Of a stretch of DNA of 64,000 nt, positions 29,635 to 42,110 are shown one piece after another (within the stretch, counting starts at the first letter, position 1; every line of letters begins with the position of its first letter). The stretch comes from a virus, in the IMG/VR virus record IMGVR_UViG_3300045974_000806, positions 32,001-96,000 of that record; one strand, given 5' to 3'. The notes under the pieces were generated by a model. It did no database searches. It was not told the DNA's origin and worked only from the letters and a program-made list of their open reading frames with translations. Made by a program: the position numbers and the translations under genes.

Positions 29635-31643
29635 CAGAAGAGAAGGGAGAAACAGATGAACCCAACGGAGGCTTTCATGATGCCAGGAACCTGTGACGGA
29701 TGCGGCGAGTCCCTGTGCCCCACCCACCACGTTTGCCATGCGTGTTCGGAAGGGGAGGCCAGTTTCACCCCGGACAAGCCCATCACGGAGCAGGTGGAGG
29801 AGTTCTCCAAGCTGGTGGTGGCCGCCCAACGGGTCCACGCGTCCCTGACCAGCACGCCGGAGGTGAATTGGCAGGCGTTCATCCCTGGTGGCCCCGCGCT
29901 GCACAAGGCGTGGCGCGCGGACATCACCAAGCTGGCCGGCACCCTGAACCGCGCCATCCGTGACGGCGCCCCGGGTGAGACGGGCACGCGCGTCCTGACC
30001 GTGGCCCTGTCCCTCACGGAACTGAACCTGTCCGCCAAGCAGGTCACGCTGAACGGCAAGCCGGTGGTGGGCGTGCGCATCCGCGGACCCATCCGCGCGG
30101 TGGAGTACGTCATCCTGGCCGTGGTGGCCGCACAACAGACGGCACCGCGCTCCAAGTACCTCCAACGCGTCCTGGGCGCCCTGATGCGGCTCTACGTGAA
30201 TGGCGCAGGCCAGGACATCTACCCACCCATGAAGCCGCACCTGATGCACGCCCAAGCGTTTCCGGAAGGCACCGCGGAACTGCACATGCGCGCTGGTGAC
30301 CCGGAAGGGGAGGGGTGAGCCCATGGTGATGCCGCGTGAGACGGTGAAGGGCGGAGCGCCGGCAACGTGCCCGGAGTGCAACCGCACCGTGGTTCCGGAA
30401 GTGCTCCACAGCCCGGCCGGCTACTACGTGGGGACCATGTGCGGGTGCGGCCCGTACAGCCGGGAGTCCACCTATTTCGCCACGGAGCCGGCCGCGGCCC
30501 AGGCCCAGGCCCTGGCCAGCGGGAGGTATGGACGATGATCACCCGGGAGCGGCTACGCCAGATGACCGCGGACTTGGACAGCGTTGGGTTCTTCCGGAAC
30601 GAGACAACGGAGGAACTACGCGCGCTGGTGTCGAGCGTCGAGTTCGCCAAGGACGTGGCGGAGCAGGACTGCAACTATGGGGACGGATGCCACGGCACGC
30701 ACTCCCCGCGGAGCACGCCGGCACGCCACGGCCGTTGCACCGCATGCGCCGCGCGGCTGGCCCTGGGCCTGCCGGCGTCCGCGGAAGGTGTCTACCCATG
30801 ACCATGGCCCAGGAAAGCTACGTTGAGCGCCCGTTCGTCATCCAGCACGTGGACCACCCCGGTGACTACGTGTTGTTCTGGAAGGGCAACCGCGCCGGCT
30901 ACACGGTGAACTTGGATGAGGCCGGCCGCTACACGGAAGAGGAAGCGCGCAACATTGTGATGGGCCGTCCGGAAGTGGACGTGGCGCTGATGTTCAAGGA
31001 CGTGGAGGCGGAAGTCCGGCGCGTGGTGCTGCGGGACCGGGCCTACTTCCTGACCAAGGTCTACGTGCCCAAGAACATCCACCCGCACACCGTGGTGGTG
31101 TCCCGCCGCGGTGGGCCGGATGACCTGTTCACCAACATCACCGTCGGAGGCAAGCCATGAGTGGATGGATGTTGCCATGTGGCCAGTGCATGGCCTGCAA
31201 GACTTCCGGAAGCGCCGCGTGCGAACGGCCGCTGAACTATGAGCCCAACGCCATCAAGTGGCGCCCAGGTGACCGCGTGCTGCATGACGCGGACGCCAAG
31301 AACGCAGGCATGTTGATGCGCGTCCTGGCCAGGAACCGCAACGGCATGGTGCGCACGGAATACCTCGACCCCGTGTTGCAGAAGCGGTGGGGCAAGGGCC
31401 GGCGCTCCACGCTGATCAACCCGTTGGAGGCGCTGCATGATCCGGAACGGTTCGGCGTGTTCGAGGACCGCGCCCACGCTGCATGGCACCGGGAGAAGGC
31501 CGCCCAGTTGCGCGTGGCCATGGAGGAATCCACCGCGCTGCTGGACCGCGGACAGGTGACCCAGGCCGTCAAGGTGTTGGAGCGTTCCGGAGTCATGCAT
31601 TGCCCCCAGTGTGAGTGCTGACCAACCAAAGGAGAGGAAGCCT

Positions 31644-32402
31644 ATGCATGCTCATTCAGAGGTTGTGCGCTTGAGTGAAGAACTGTCCAAGTATTTTTCA
31701 GAGATGCCTCTGCTGCCCCATCGCACGGGCTACACGCTGCACTCATACGGCGTGGCAGCCAATGGTGTTCCCTGGTGGCTGCTGCTCCACAACCGGGGAA
31801 AGTTTTTGCTGCGCCTTGACGGGGATGCCGCGGTGGAATGCTTTGATGACTTTGCAGCGGAAGGTGGGGCTGCGATTGAGCATATTGAGGACGTGCGCCT
31901 GGAAGCCGCGGAGACGGTCATTCGTCGGTTATACGCGCTGCGGTTTGCCATTGAAGAGTTGATGCCAGAAGCACGCCGGCGAGTGCTCCACAAGGGGAAG
32001 GTGTTTGCATCCCATGCGGATGTTGCCCTGGCCGCGGGCACTGGGAAGCGGCTCTATTGGGTGACGGACCCTTGGCACGACGAGGATTGGTTCGTGGTGG
32101 CGCACTCCCGTGCGGAAGCTGAAGCGTTTTACGTGGACTACGAGGGCATGACGTATGGAGACGCGCACGCAGAGTTCCTGAAGCGCATTCCGGAAGAGGC
32201 GTCCGTGCCGCAGGTACCATCCCATCCGGAGGTGGGGACCTTGAGGGAGTGCGGGCTCCGGAACGGTTCCAAGTCCACCTCTCAGCGGACCTGGGTGGAC
32301 CCGGTAACGCAGCGTGCTTTTGAAGAGGGTGGGTTGCAGTCCGGCATTGACGGGGCGCTGGCCATGCGGGCACGGGACAGCAGTGGGGAGCACATCCAAT
32401 GA
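31644..32402 (+). CDS. hypothetical protein with lower GC and atypical codons
   Basis: SD GGAGAGG; visibly more A/T-ending codons than its neighbours. Confidence 0.65.
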   Translation: MHAHSEVVRLSEELSKYFSEMPLLPHRTGYTLHSYGVAANGVPWWLLLHNRGKFLLRLDGDAAVECFDDFAAEGGAAIEHIEDVRLEAAETVIRRLYALRFAIEELMPEARRRVLHKGKVFASHADVALAAGTGKRLYWVTDPWHDEDWFVVAHSRAEAEAFYVDYEGMTYGDAHAEFLKRIPEEASVPQVPSHPEVGTLRECGLRNGSKSTSQRTWVDPVTQRAFEEGGLQSGIDGALAMRARDSSGEHIQ

Positions 32403-32834
32403 AGCGCGCGGTGATGCAGACCTGGGAACTGTATTGGAGTCCGGAAGGGAAGCGCATTGCCACCGTGCAGGCCAAGGACGCGCGCGCGGCAATCCGGAAG
32501 GCGCCCATGCCCTGGCGCCGCTACCTGGGGGAGATTTACGCCACCCCCGTGGGAGGTGCGTGATGGTGCAAGTCCTGACGGGTGACATCCTCTTTGACTT
32601 GCTCCAACACGTGCCGGTGCCGGCCACGGGCGGATGGGCCGGACCTGGGCACCTGCAAGCGGCCCTGGACGCGTTCCGGAACAAGGGCGCCCCTCCGGAA
32701 CTTGAGGCCGCGGCCCTGTCCCGTGAGGTGGGAAGCTACGCGCTGGAATATGCGCTCATGAGGCCGGCAGATCGCATTGACCAAGGGACCTTGTTGAAGG
32801 CGGTGCGCGTTGTGCGCGGGAAGGAGTGGCGGGC

Positions 32835-33020
32835 ATGAGTGACCTCAAGGCGCTGTTGCGGGAGTGCTCCAAGCTGGGCGTCCCGTTCGAGACAACCAAC
32901 GGAGGGCACATCAAGTTCCTGTGCCCAGGTGGCGTGGTGTTTGCGGCCAGCACGCCGTCCGATTGCCGCGCGGTGAAGAACATCCGGACCATGCTCAGAC
33001 GCAAGGGGGTGGCGCTGTGA
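32835..33020 (+). CDS. HicA-like small protein
   Basis: ETTNGGHIKF....STPSD.RAVKNIR..LRRKG. Confidence 0.55.
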   Translation: MSDLKALLRECSKLGVPFETTNGGHIKFLCPGGVVFAASTPSDCRAVKNIRTMLRRKGVAL

Positions 33021-36000
33021 TGACCCGTGAAGAGGCAGACAGGCTTGTGTGGCGCGTGCTTGACACGTCCGTATGGACGGAGAGCATGCCCGTCACGCAG
33101 GCGGAACGCATGGTGCAGCACGGCGCGGCGTATGACGCGCTCATTGCCGCGCTGACCGCGCCGCCGGCCGGCTTCCCCCTGCCTTTGCCGGAGGGACAGC
33201 TTTTGGCATGGGAAGAAGGCCACCCACCACGGACCCACTACTGCCTGAGCCCCCACTGCATCCCGTGCCGCCAGCCCTGGCTGCTTCCAGCGGCCAAAGG
33301 AGGGGGCAAGTGACCGTGACCCATGATGAGGCCCGGAGGCTGGTGGACCGGTTCCACCGCGCGCTCCACGCCCAGATGCTGCTGAACATCACGCGCACGT
33401 TGAGCCTGCGCCAGGACCATCCGGGTGAGCCGGCGTGGGAAGCCGCGGTGTCAGAAGCGCATGATGCGGAGGACATGCTGCTGCGCGCCCTGGTGAAGGA
33501 GCACACGCCGGCATCCCCCACGCCGCGGCATGAGCCGGGCTCCAAGGGGACCTGTCTGGTGCCCCTGGGCAACGGCATGGTGTGCGGTGAAGCCGTCTAT
33601 GACAGCCGCGGCGGGACCGTGTGCCGTTCCGGACACGGCGGTGGGCCGTTCCTGCCGCCCTGGGGAGTTGCCGGATGATCATTCCCGCCAACATTCCGGA
33701 ACTGTGCGCGTCCATCGGATTGCAGGCCCACGTGCTGACCCTCAAGGGTGCCACGGCCACGGACGGAGAGAAGGCGTTGCTCCACTACTACGAGTGGCGC
33801 GTGAGCCAACTGGCGGCCCAGTACGGGCGTGAGCGTGTGTTGCAGTGGATGAAGGGGAGCGTGGCCAATGACGGATGACAAGCGGTGCCGCTACTGCGAA
33901 GCGCGCCCGGCCATCAAGGTGCCCAAGCGTGCCAGCACCTTCCCCCAGGCCCCGCCCGCCGGCGTGCTGTGCATGCGCTGCTACCAAGTCATCCGGAAGG
34001 GATGGCACCAACGCTACAAGTGGACCGCGGAGCCGTGGAAGTGGCGCGCGTTCCGGAAAGGGATTCCCCAATGACGGATGAGACGAAAGAGCAGCACCAC
34101 GTTGCTTCCCTGTTGGCCCGGGTGAGTTCGGAGAACGCGCAACTGCGCACGGCCAACGCCGCCCTGCTGAAGGGCCTGGACAAGGAAACCAAGGAACGCG
34201 CCGGCGTGGAGGCGGAGTTGGATGGAGTCCGCGCGCACATGGAGAAGGAAGCGGAGGCCCACCGCGTGGAGCGCAACCAGTTCCACAAGGACTGGGAGGC
34301 CCTGCGCGCGGAGAACAGCCAACTGCGCGCGGAACTGGCGTTCCTGGGCGTGGCGGGGACCGCCGCCTGGACGCCCCTGGCCGTCAAGTGCCGAGTGCTC
34401 CGCACCCATGGTGCGCAGGACCCCACGCAGGACCCGGTGGAGCGCATGCTCACCACGCTGACGCAGGATGACGAACTGGATGCCCGCGGCCTGCCCCGCT
34501 ACCCATGGGACCACACAAGCAGCGGCTACAAGGACGCGCGCGCCACGGTGACCAACCACATCCGCGGCCTGGAAGCGCAACTGGCGGAGGCCAAGGACCG
34601 CTACAGCACCTTTGTGGTGGGCGCTGCCCAGCGTGAAGCGGACCTGCACGCGCTCTACGAGGCCGCGGCTGCCCCGGACTTGGTGGAACTGGCCACCGTG
34701 CGTGAGGTGGTGTCCGCCCTGGTGGAGGACCGCAAGCGGAACACCGCGGAACTGACGGACCAACGCGCCCAGACGCAATCATGGTTCCGGAAGGCCCGCA
34801 CCCTGGAAGAGGAGGTGGCCGCGCTGAATGAGGCGCATGCGGCGGAACGGATGCAGACGTCCCTGGAACGGGACACGCTGTCCACCGCGGTAGCCACCAT
34901 GGACCGCGCCCTCAAAGCGACGGAGCAGGCCCTGGCGTTTGCCCTGTCCGGCAACCCGTGCCCGGACCCGTACTGTGCGCAGAAGGGATGCGAGAACAGC
35001 CTGCCCGGATGCTGCACACGCCACGCACGTGAGATGGCAAAGCCCAAGGTCAAGTAAGCATCAAACACCCACAGCATTCCGGAAGACAACCGTGGATTCC
35101 GGATAGGAGGACAAGACGCATGCATCCCAATGAAGCAAGGTTCTGGGCGTTCCATCACGACAACCCGGACGTGTTTGAAACCCTCAAGGCCCTGGCCCGG
35201 AAGGCCAAGCACGCCGGCGCGGGCCAGTACGGCATTGCCGCGCTGTTTGAGGTGTTGCGGTGGAGCCGGCTCATGGACGGCAAGCGGGACGGGGAAGAGT
35301 TCAAGCTGAACAACAACTACAAGGCGTTCTACGCGCGCCTGCTGATGGCGGAGTGCCCGGACCTCGCCGGCTTCTTTGAGACGCGGGAACAGGTGGCCGC
35401 ATGAACCCGGAACCGTGGACGTGGAAGCGCGTGCTGGCCCAGGCCATCCCAATGGCGCTGGTGATGATTTACGCGGTGGTGAACATCCTGCTGGGGGCCA
35501 AGTGATGCAGACCTGTGAGACGTGCAAGCACTGGGTGGAGCCGGGCGTGGGTGATGGACCCCCTGGCATGCGGGACGTTGTGCGCCCGGTGGATGGCGCC
35601 ACCATGGAGCCCATGGCCATGCCCTGGGAGGTGCGGTGGTGCCAGTCCCCGCGGCTGCTGTTCCATGAGCGGCCCCCGGAACGTGCCGCCGCCACGCTGT
35701 TGGATGGCAGCGGCTACATGGCCGGCCTGTTCACCGGCCCAGACTTTGGATGCACGCTGCATGAGGCCGTGCTGGATGAGGCCGTGCTGGATGAGGCCCG
35801 GCTGGTGGACCTGCGCGCGGAGTGCGTGCGGCTGGTGGAGGCCGGCAAGGTGCTCACGGAAGAGTTCAACGCGTTGCGTGGACCCATCAACGTGGCGCCG
35901 CTGCAAGAGCGCCTGCGCAAGGTGGCCGCCATGCTGGGCATTCCGGAAGAGCCGACGGCACCGGTGAGGGCGGCCCACGTGGACGTGCTGGTGGTGGACA

Positions 36001-38498
36001 CACTGACCCCGGATGAGATGGCCCTGCTGGGGAAGCTGAACGCGGTGGAGCGCCTGAACGCCGCGGAGGCCCAGCGCCTGCGCATGTTCCGCCGCGGTGA
36101 GTCCCCATGCCTGTGCGCGTGCAATGGGCCGTCCTTTGCTGGCACGTGCGGCTGTGTCTGCCATGCGGCGGAGGTGGGTCATGGTTGACATCCCACTCCG
36201 GGTGTTCACGCTGTCCTTTGAGGAACAGGTGCTGCTGGGCAAGGACCGGAACCGCGCGAAGCTGACGGAAGAGGAATACCGGGTTCTTCGCGCATCACGG
36301 AACCGGGCATGGCAGGTGCTTGAGAAGGAGCGCGCGGCCAAGCGCAAGTGGGGCGTGTGCCGGGAGTGCCACGCCAGGGTGCGCCTGCTTGATTCCGGAA
36401 AGGCCCGCATCCATGAGGTGCGGGTCTTCACGGAGTTTGCAACCACCGTGCGCCGGAGCATGGCCCGGGCCATGACGTGCGCCGGTAGCTACCGCTCCAC
36501 GCTTCCGGACACCGCGGCCATCCCCAGCATAAGCGTGACGCGCTTGTTTGAGGAGTTGAGTCTCATGCGCTCCACGCGGCGTGGCTTGGTGAACACGGGT
36601 GAATGGTTCCCAGCCCGGAAAGACCTTGAGGCCGCCCTGCGCGCCGCGGGGTATGAGGTGGAGACGTGAGGACATCCTGCGCGGTCCCTGTGTGGCGTTG
36701 GGAGGGCAACGGCCGGGCCTGGACGGACCCCAACACGCGTGTGTTGGTCCGGACGTACACCGCGGCCCCAACCCTGTTGCTGACGGTTGACGTTTGGTGG
36801 CTCCGCATGCGCGGATTCACCGTTGTGTGGAGGTGGGCATGTTGAGCGCGCACGCAAAGCTGCTGGACCGGATGGAGAAGCTGCAAGCCGCCTACGCGGT
36901 CCTGAAGAAACCTCCGGAAGGGCTGTGGCTGACCTGGGATGACGCCCAGGCCATCCTGGCGTTCATGGCCGGCGTTCCCACCACCACCATCTGCGACCAG
37001 TGCCAGCGCGTCCAGATGCTGATGCCCGCCCCTGGTGCCCGCACCGGGATTGTCCCTGTCCAGGCCGGCGGAGGTGGCATTGCCCTGGCCGTGGTGGAGC
37101 AGGACCCGCACGCCCACCTCCGCGGCTGCGGCGTGGCGGCCAACGGCTACCACGCACCGGCGGACGGTGGAGGCCATTGCGCGCTGTGCGGGACCATTGG
37201 CCCCTGGCACGCGACTGGGGGCAACACGTGAGCCCCCTGGACACCCTGGTGGACGCCCTGGTGGCATCCGTGCGCGCCCAGGCAGTGGCGGACTGGGCAA
37301 CCGCCTACGGGAATGCGGAGCCGGACCCCAAGGCGCCCGGCGTGGTGGTAACCGCCCGGAAGGCCCTGGTGGACTACGTGCGGGGTTTGGAGGCCCAGGT
37401 GGATACCTGGGACCGGCTGGCCCTGGAAGCGGACGTGGAGGCCGCCCAGGCCCCTTCCGTGGACCCCGCGGACGTGCAGCGGGTGGTGGCGCGGGCGGAG
37501 CGGCTGGCCCAGAACGCCCAGGTGAGCGGCATGGTGGACCACGCGGTGGCCATGGCATCCGCTATGGCCGGCCACGCGGGCGTGCGGTCCCAGGAATGCT
37601 GGGAGTGCGGCATCCTGCCCGGGATCTTGGACACGGTGGAGGTATGGGTGCGGGCGTTCCTGGCACCGGACACCACCACCGCCCAGGTGCAGTTCCACCT
37701 GGGTTGCTACAAGGGCTGCCAGGAATGCCACGTGGTGGAGGGGCACCTTCTCTGGTGCTCACAACGGAGGGAAGCATGAGCCCAGGACAGATGGCCGCGG
37801 AGTGTGCCCGCGTGCTGCAAGGCGGCATGGAGCGCGTGACGTTCGTGGTGGACCGCAAGCCCACGCGTTCCGGAAGGGTGCGCCTCACGCCCAAGTCCGG
37901 ACCCTGGGGTGAGGTGGCGTGCGTCAACGCGGATGGCGCCACGGTGGCGTGGTTCAAGGCCCTGGACGTCCTGGCCTGGATGGGCGCCAACGGCATGGTC
38001 AAGATCACCGTGGTGCCCAAGGCGCCGGGCGTGCCGCCCGCGGCCGTGAGGAAGGTTCCGGAACATGCCTAAGAGCCCCATCCCCGGCGTGACCGTCTAC
38101 GCGCATCCCAAGCACCGCAAGGAGGTGGCCGCGGAAGTCCGGAAGGGCAACGTGCCCGCGCGCCACGCCTGGGCCGCCGGCCCGGACATCACCACGCTGA
38201 CGCCGGCGGAGATGGCCGCGGTCACCTACGCGCTGTTGCAGGCCCAGGGGGAGCGGCTGGCCGCGGAATGGTGGGGCACGTTCCTGGCCGGCATCCGCCG
38301 CGGGCTTGAGGTGACCACCGCGGCCCGCGTGGCCCTGGAACGCTGGGACATCGGATGATCCGGGTCATCTACACAACCAGCCCGGACGAGGGCGCGGAGG
38401 CGGACGGTTCCCAATGGGTGCGCGCGTCCATGGCCTGGACGGCCGTCAAGCTGTGCTTCCTGGCCGGCGTGATGCTTGGCGCCCTGATCCGGAGTGTA

Positions 38499-38538
38499 TG
38501 CTTTTTGTATTGACTTCCGGAATGGCCGGCTCTAGCGT
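38499..38538 (+). promoter_or_regulatory. class-1 promoter, copy C
   Basis: TGCTTTTTGTA-TTGACT-17 nt starting TCCGGAA-TAGCGT. Confidence 0.78.
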
Positions 38539-40355
38539 CCCCCTCTGCCGGAACAAACCGGCCTTGACCCGGAGCCGCCCATGACCACCGCCACCCTGCC
38601 CGCCCTGAAGACCGTCCCCGCCTTTGACGTCATTGAAGCCTGGGTGGATGCCCAGGAACTGGCCGCGGCCCGCAAGGCCCTGGCGGAGAAGAACGCCACG
38701 CTGTCCAGCGTGAAGCTGACGGACGCCCAGGTCCGCACCCTGCGCTACATCCTGGCCAAGGGCGGCGTGAGCCTGGATGCCCTGCACATGGGCAGCGTGA
38801 AGACCTGGGGCGAGTGCCGCAAGACCACGGTGTTCAACCTGTTCCGCATGGGTCTGGTGGAGCGCACCGGCACGCTCTACTTCGTGAGCGCCGCGGGCTG
38901 CATGGCCGTCAACAAGGCGGAGGGCTGAACCATGGCGCGCTACCTGGGCAAGTGCCGGACGTGCAAGACGGTGCTCCGCGCGGAGGCCACCGGGCGTGTC
39001 CAGGCCGTGGCCGGCAAGCAGCGCACGGTGTTCACGTTCCCCAACGGGGAGCAGGCCCAGGACACCAAGCGCACGTTCGTGGAGTGCTGGACCTGTACCG
39101 CGGCCGGCGTGTCCCGCGGCGGCCTTCCGGTCCACGTGGAACTCCGCCGCGTGGTGGGCGTGAAGACGGATGCGCCGTGCAGCGCCAAGTGCCTTGCGTC
39201 CACGGGCTTCAACTGCGAGTGCGCGTGCGGCGGTGCCAACCACGGAAGCGGGCACTGACCGCGCCGTCAAGTGTGGCGGGCGCCGGCCCTTGCCCGTACA
39301 GTGGCCGGATGCCAATGCCGGACCTTCCGGACATCATGCTGGACGTCACGCCCACCCTGGCCCTGGAACGCAGGGACGGGATGTGGCGCTACGTGTCCAA
39401 GTCCGGCCATGACCTGACCGCAGTGCTGAATGAACTTGAGAAGCAGGCCGCGCGCCTGGACCACCGCAGCAAGCTGTGCCTGGAAGCGGCTGCCCTTCTC
39501 CGCGCCCAGGCCAACCACCAAGGGAGTCATCCATGACGCTTCACCTCGTCCAGGGGGAAGGTTCCCCCGCCATGCCCCCGCACGCAGCCCACTATCCGCC
39601 CAGGTGCGCCCTGGTGCTCAGGGAGCAGGCCCAGCACGCGGGATACGAGGTGGAAGAGGGATGCACGGATGACGGCTGGTATGTGACCCTGGTGCGGCCC
39701 GGCCAGGAACTCCACGCCCTGGGGACCACGCCGCACGCGGCCCTGGAACGCGCCCTGGCCATGGCCACCTCCCACGCGCTCCACAGCCGGCACGCATCCC
39801 GGCAAGCCGCACGGTGAGCACCATGGACCCGCAACGCTTGGCCTCCGCCCTGGCGGCCCTGGACGTGGTGTTGGACCGGACCACGCACGCCGCGGTGTGC
39901 GGCCTCTATGACAACCCGCCGGGGGACGCCTGCACGTGCGGGCTCAACACGGCGCGCGTGGAGGTGGAGATGCTGGCGCATGAGTTGGACGCCAGCCTGA
40001 CGCCCCCGCCGGCCCCCACGTTGGAGGCCCTGCGGGAGGAATGGGTGGGCACCGTGCTCAAGGACGCCGGCCTCACGGACGGGTGCCTGCGCGACATGCC
40101 GGACGGCGCCCTGGTGTGCATTGACGGCGGGGAGTTGCTGCACGCCCAGGACTGGCTGAAGCGGGACCATCTGTGGACGCAGCAAGCGGGCACCAAGCTG
40201 TCCAGCAGCACGGCCCTGCTGGCCATGGCCCGCCGCAACAGCGCCACCATCCGGGTGATGGCGGTGCTGGACCCGCCCCCGCCCTTCCAAGGCATCCTGG
40301 GCCACGGCTGACCCAACCTTCCGGAAGCACGGCCGCGGTGGTACTGCTGGCCCCC

Positions 40356-42107
40356 ATGGACCTTCCGGAAGCCACGCCGCCAACCGCGGCCCTGTCCCCG
40401 TTTGACGTGCTCTACATGCAGGAGTCCTGCGCCTACTTCGCGCACCAGATGCTGCGCGGCCCCGCGGACCCGCCCTACAACGGCAAGTTCCTTGTGAGCC
40501 AACACCATGAGGCGTGGGACAGGCTGGTGCATGGCAACAAGCGCCTGTGCGTGCTGGCGCCCCGCGACCACGGGAAAACCTATTTCTTCGACTTCGCCTA
40601 TCCAATCTGGAAGGCGGCGCACAACCCGCATGGCCGCGGCTACATCTTCTCCGCCACGCAGGACCAAGCGGTGCGAATCCTCTCGGACATCAAAGACGAG
40701 ATCGAGGACAACCCGCGCCTGCGCCACCTCATGCCGCAACCACGTGAGACGTGGAGCAAGACCGCCATCAAGCTGGCCAACGGCCACCGCATCTTTGCCC
40801 GCGGCTACGGCACCAAGATCCGCGGCGCGCATCCCAACTGGATTGTGGTGGATGACGGGCTGAACGACGAGGACGCCTATTCGGAACTGGTGCGCCAGAA
40901 GCACATTGACTACTTCCTGACGGCCATCAGCAACATGATCGTGCCCAACGGCCAGATCGTGGTGGTGGGCACGCCCTTCCACGCGCTGGACCTCTACGGC
41001 AAGGGCGACGGGCGCCTGGGCGACAACCCGGAGTATGCGTTCCGGAGGTTCCCCGCCCTGGACTCCGCCGGCAACCCGTTGTGGCCAGACCGGTATGACG
41101 CCACCGCGTTGCAGCGGAAGCGCCGCGAGATCGGCAGCGTGCGGTTCACGCGTGAGTTCCTGTGTGAGCCCATCTCCGACGACATGAGCATCTTCCCTGG
41201 CCGCCTGTTCGTCGGGGACCCGGTGGAGCAGTTCACCGTGCGCCTGGGTGAGCCCATCGCGCGCTGGCGTGAACTGGGCATCACGTCCGTGTTCATCGGC
41301 GTGGACCTCGCAATCAGCACCACCACGTCCGCGGACTATACGGTGGTGGTGGTGCTGGGCGTGGACAAGTTTGGCAACCGGTGGGTGATGGACATCTTCC
41401 GGAAGCGCGGCATGCCCTACCAGCAGCAACTCTCCGTCGTGCAGGCCATGGGCAAGCGGTATGACGCGGACCTGATATTCATCGAGTCCAACCAGATGCA
41501 GCGCGTGGTGGGTGACGACCTGATTAGGCTCACGGACCTGCCCATCAAGAAGTTCAACACCACGGGCCGCGGCAAGGGCCTGAAGCATCCAACCACCAAC
41601 ACGGTGAGCGCCAACAAGAACACCCTGGAAGGCGGCGTGCCCGTGTTGCGCGTGCTGTTGGAGAACCAAAAGTTCCGGATTCCCCGCGGGGACGCACGCA
41701 GCGTGGAACTGACGGACCAGTGGATCAGTGAGATGAAGTCCTTCACGTGGCTGGAAGGCAAGCTGAAGGGCGTGGGCGGGCATGATGACACCGTGATGGC
41801 CCTGTGGATTGCTGACCAAGCGGTGCGCTCCGGCGGGTTCTCATTCAGCACGGGCGCGGAGAAGGATGACGCCGCGTCCCTGGCGGAACTCATGAAGGAG
41901 CAGACGGAGGAGCCGGAGGAGGAAAAGGACGCGCCCACGGAGGAGGCCGCGGCCCGGGCCTTCCTTGAGGGCATTGTGGGGGCGGACGAGGGGGAGATTG
42001 ACGCGGCCCTGGAAGCAACGCATGCAGCCAACCTTGTGGATGAAGAGGCGGTGGACGCGGTAGGCTCCGTTTGGTCCCGCTTGCCTGGGCTTTCCGGAAG
42101 GTTCTGA
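40356..42107 (+). CDS. terL: terminase large subunit
   Basis: APRDHGKT, IRGAHP.WIVVDD, VGTP, GVDLA, IESN, HDDTVMALW. Confidence 0.93.
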   Translation: MDLPEATPPTAALSPFDVLYMQESCAYFAHQMLRGPADPPYNGKFLVSQHHEAWDRLVHGNKRLCVLAPRDHGKTYFFDFAYPIWKAAHNPHGRGYIFSATQDQAVRILSDIKDEIEDNPRLRHLMPQPRETWSKTAIKLANGHRIFARGYGTKIRGAHPNWIVVDDGLNDEDAYSELVRQKHIDYFLTAISNMIVPNGQIVVVGTPFHALDLYGKGDGRLGDNPEYAFRRFPALDSAGNPLWPDRYDATALQRKRREIGSVRFTREFLCEPISDDMSIFPGRLFVGDPVEQFTVRLGEPIARWRELGITSVFIGVDLAISTTTSADYTVVVVLGVDKFGNRWVMDIFRKRGMPYQQQLSVVQAMGKRYDADLIFIESNQMQRVVGDDLIRLTDLPIKKFNTTGRGKGLKHPTTNTVSANKNTLEGGVPVLRVLLENQKFRIPRGDARSVELTDQWISEMKSFTWLEGKLKGVGGHDDTVMALWIADQAVRSGGFSFSTGAEKDDAASLAELMKEQTEEPEEEKDAPTEEAAARAFLEGIVGADEGEIDAALEATHAANLVDEEAVDAVGSVWSRLPGLSGRF

Positions 42108-42110
42108 CCA

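Larger units (their letters stand above)
28451..40311 (+). other. dense array of about 30 small, translationally coupled hypothetical genes, many Cys-rich
   Basis: Consecutive + strand ORFs with ATGA/GTGA overlaps and SDs, e.g. 28451-28813, 29656-30318, 30798-31160, 31157-31621, 34071-35057, 35120-35404, 38581-38928, 38932-39258, 39814-40311. Confidence 0.75.

Noticed and set aside
35761-35797. 15-bp tandem duplication (EAVLD x2)
   Set aside because: Looks like simple in-frame slippage with no further structure.
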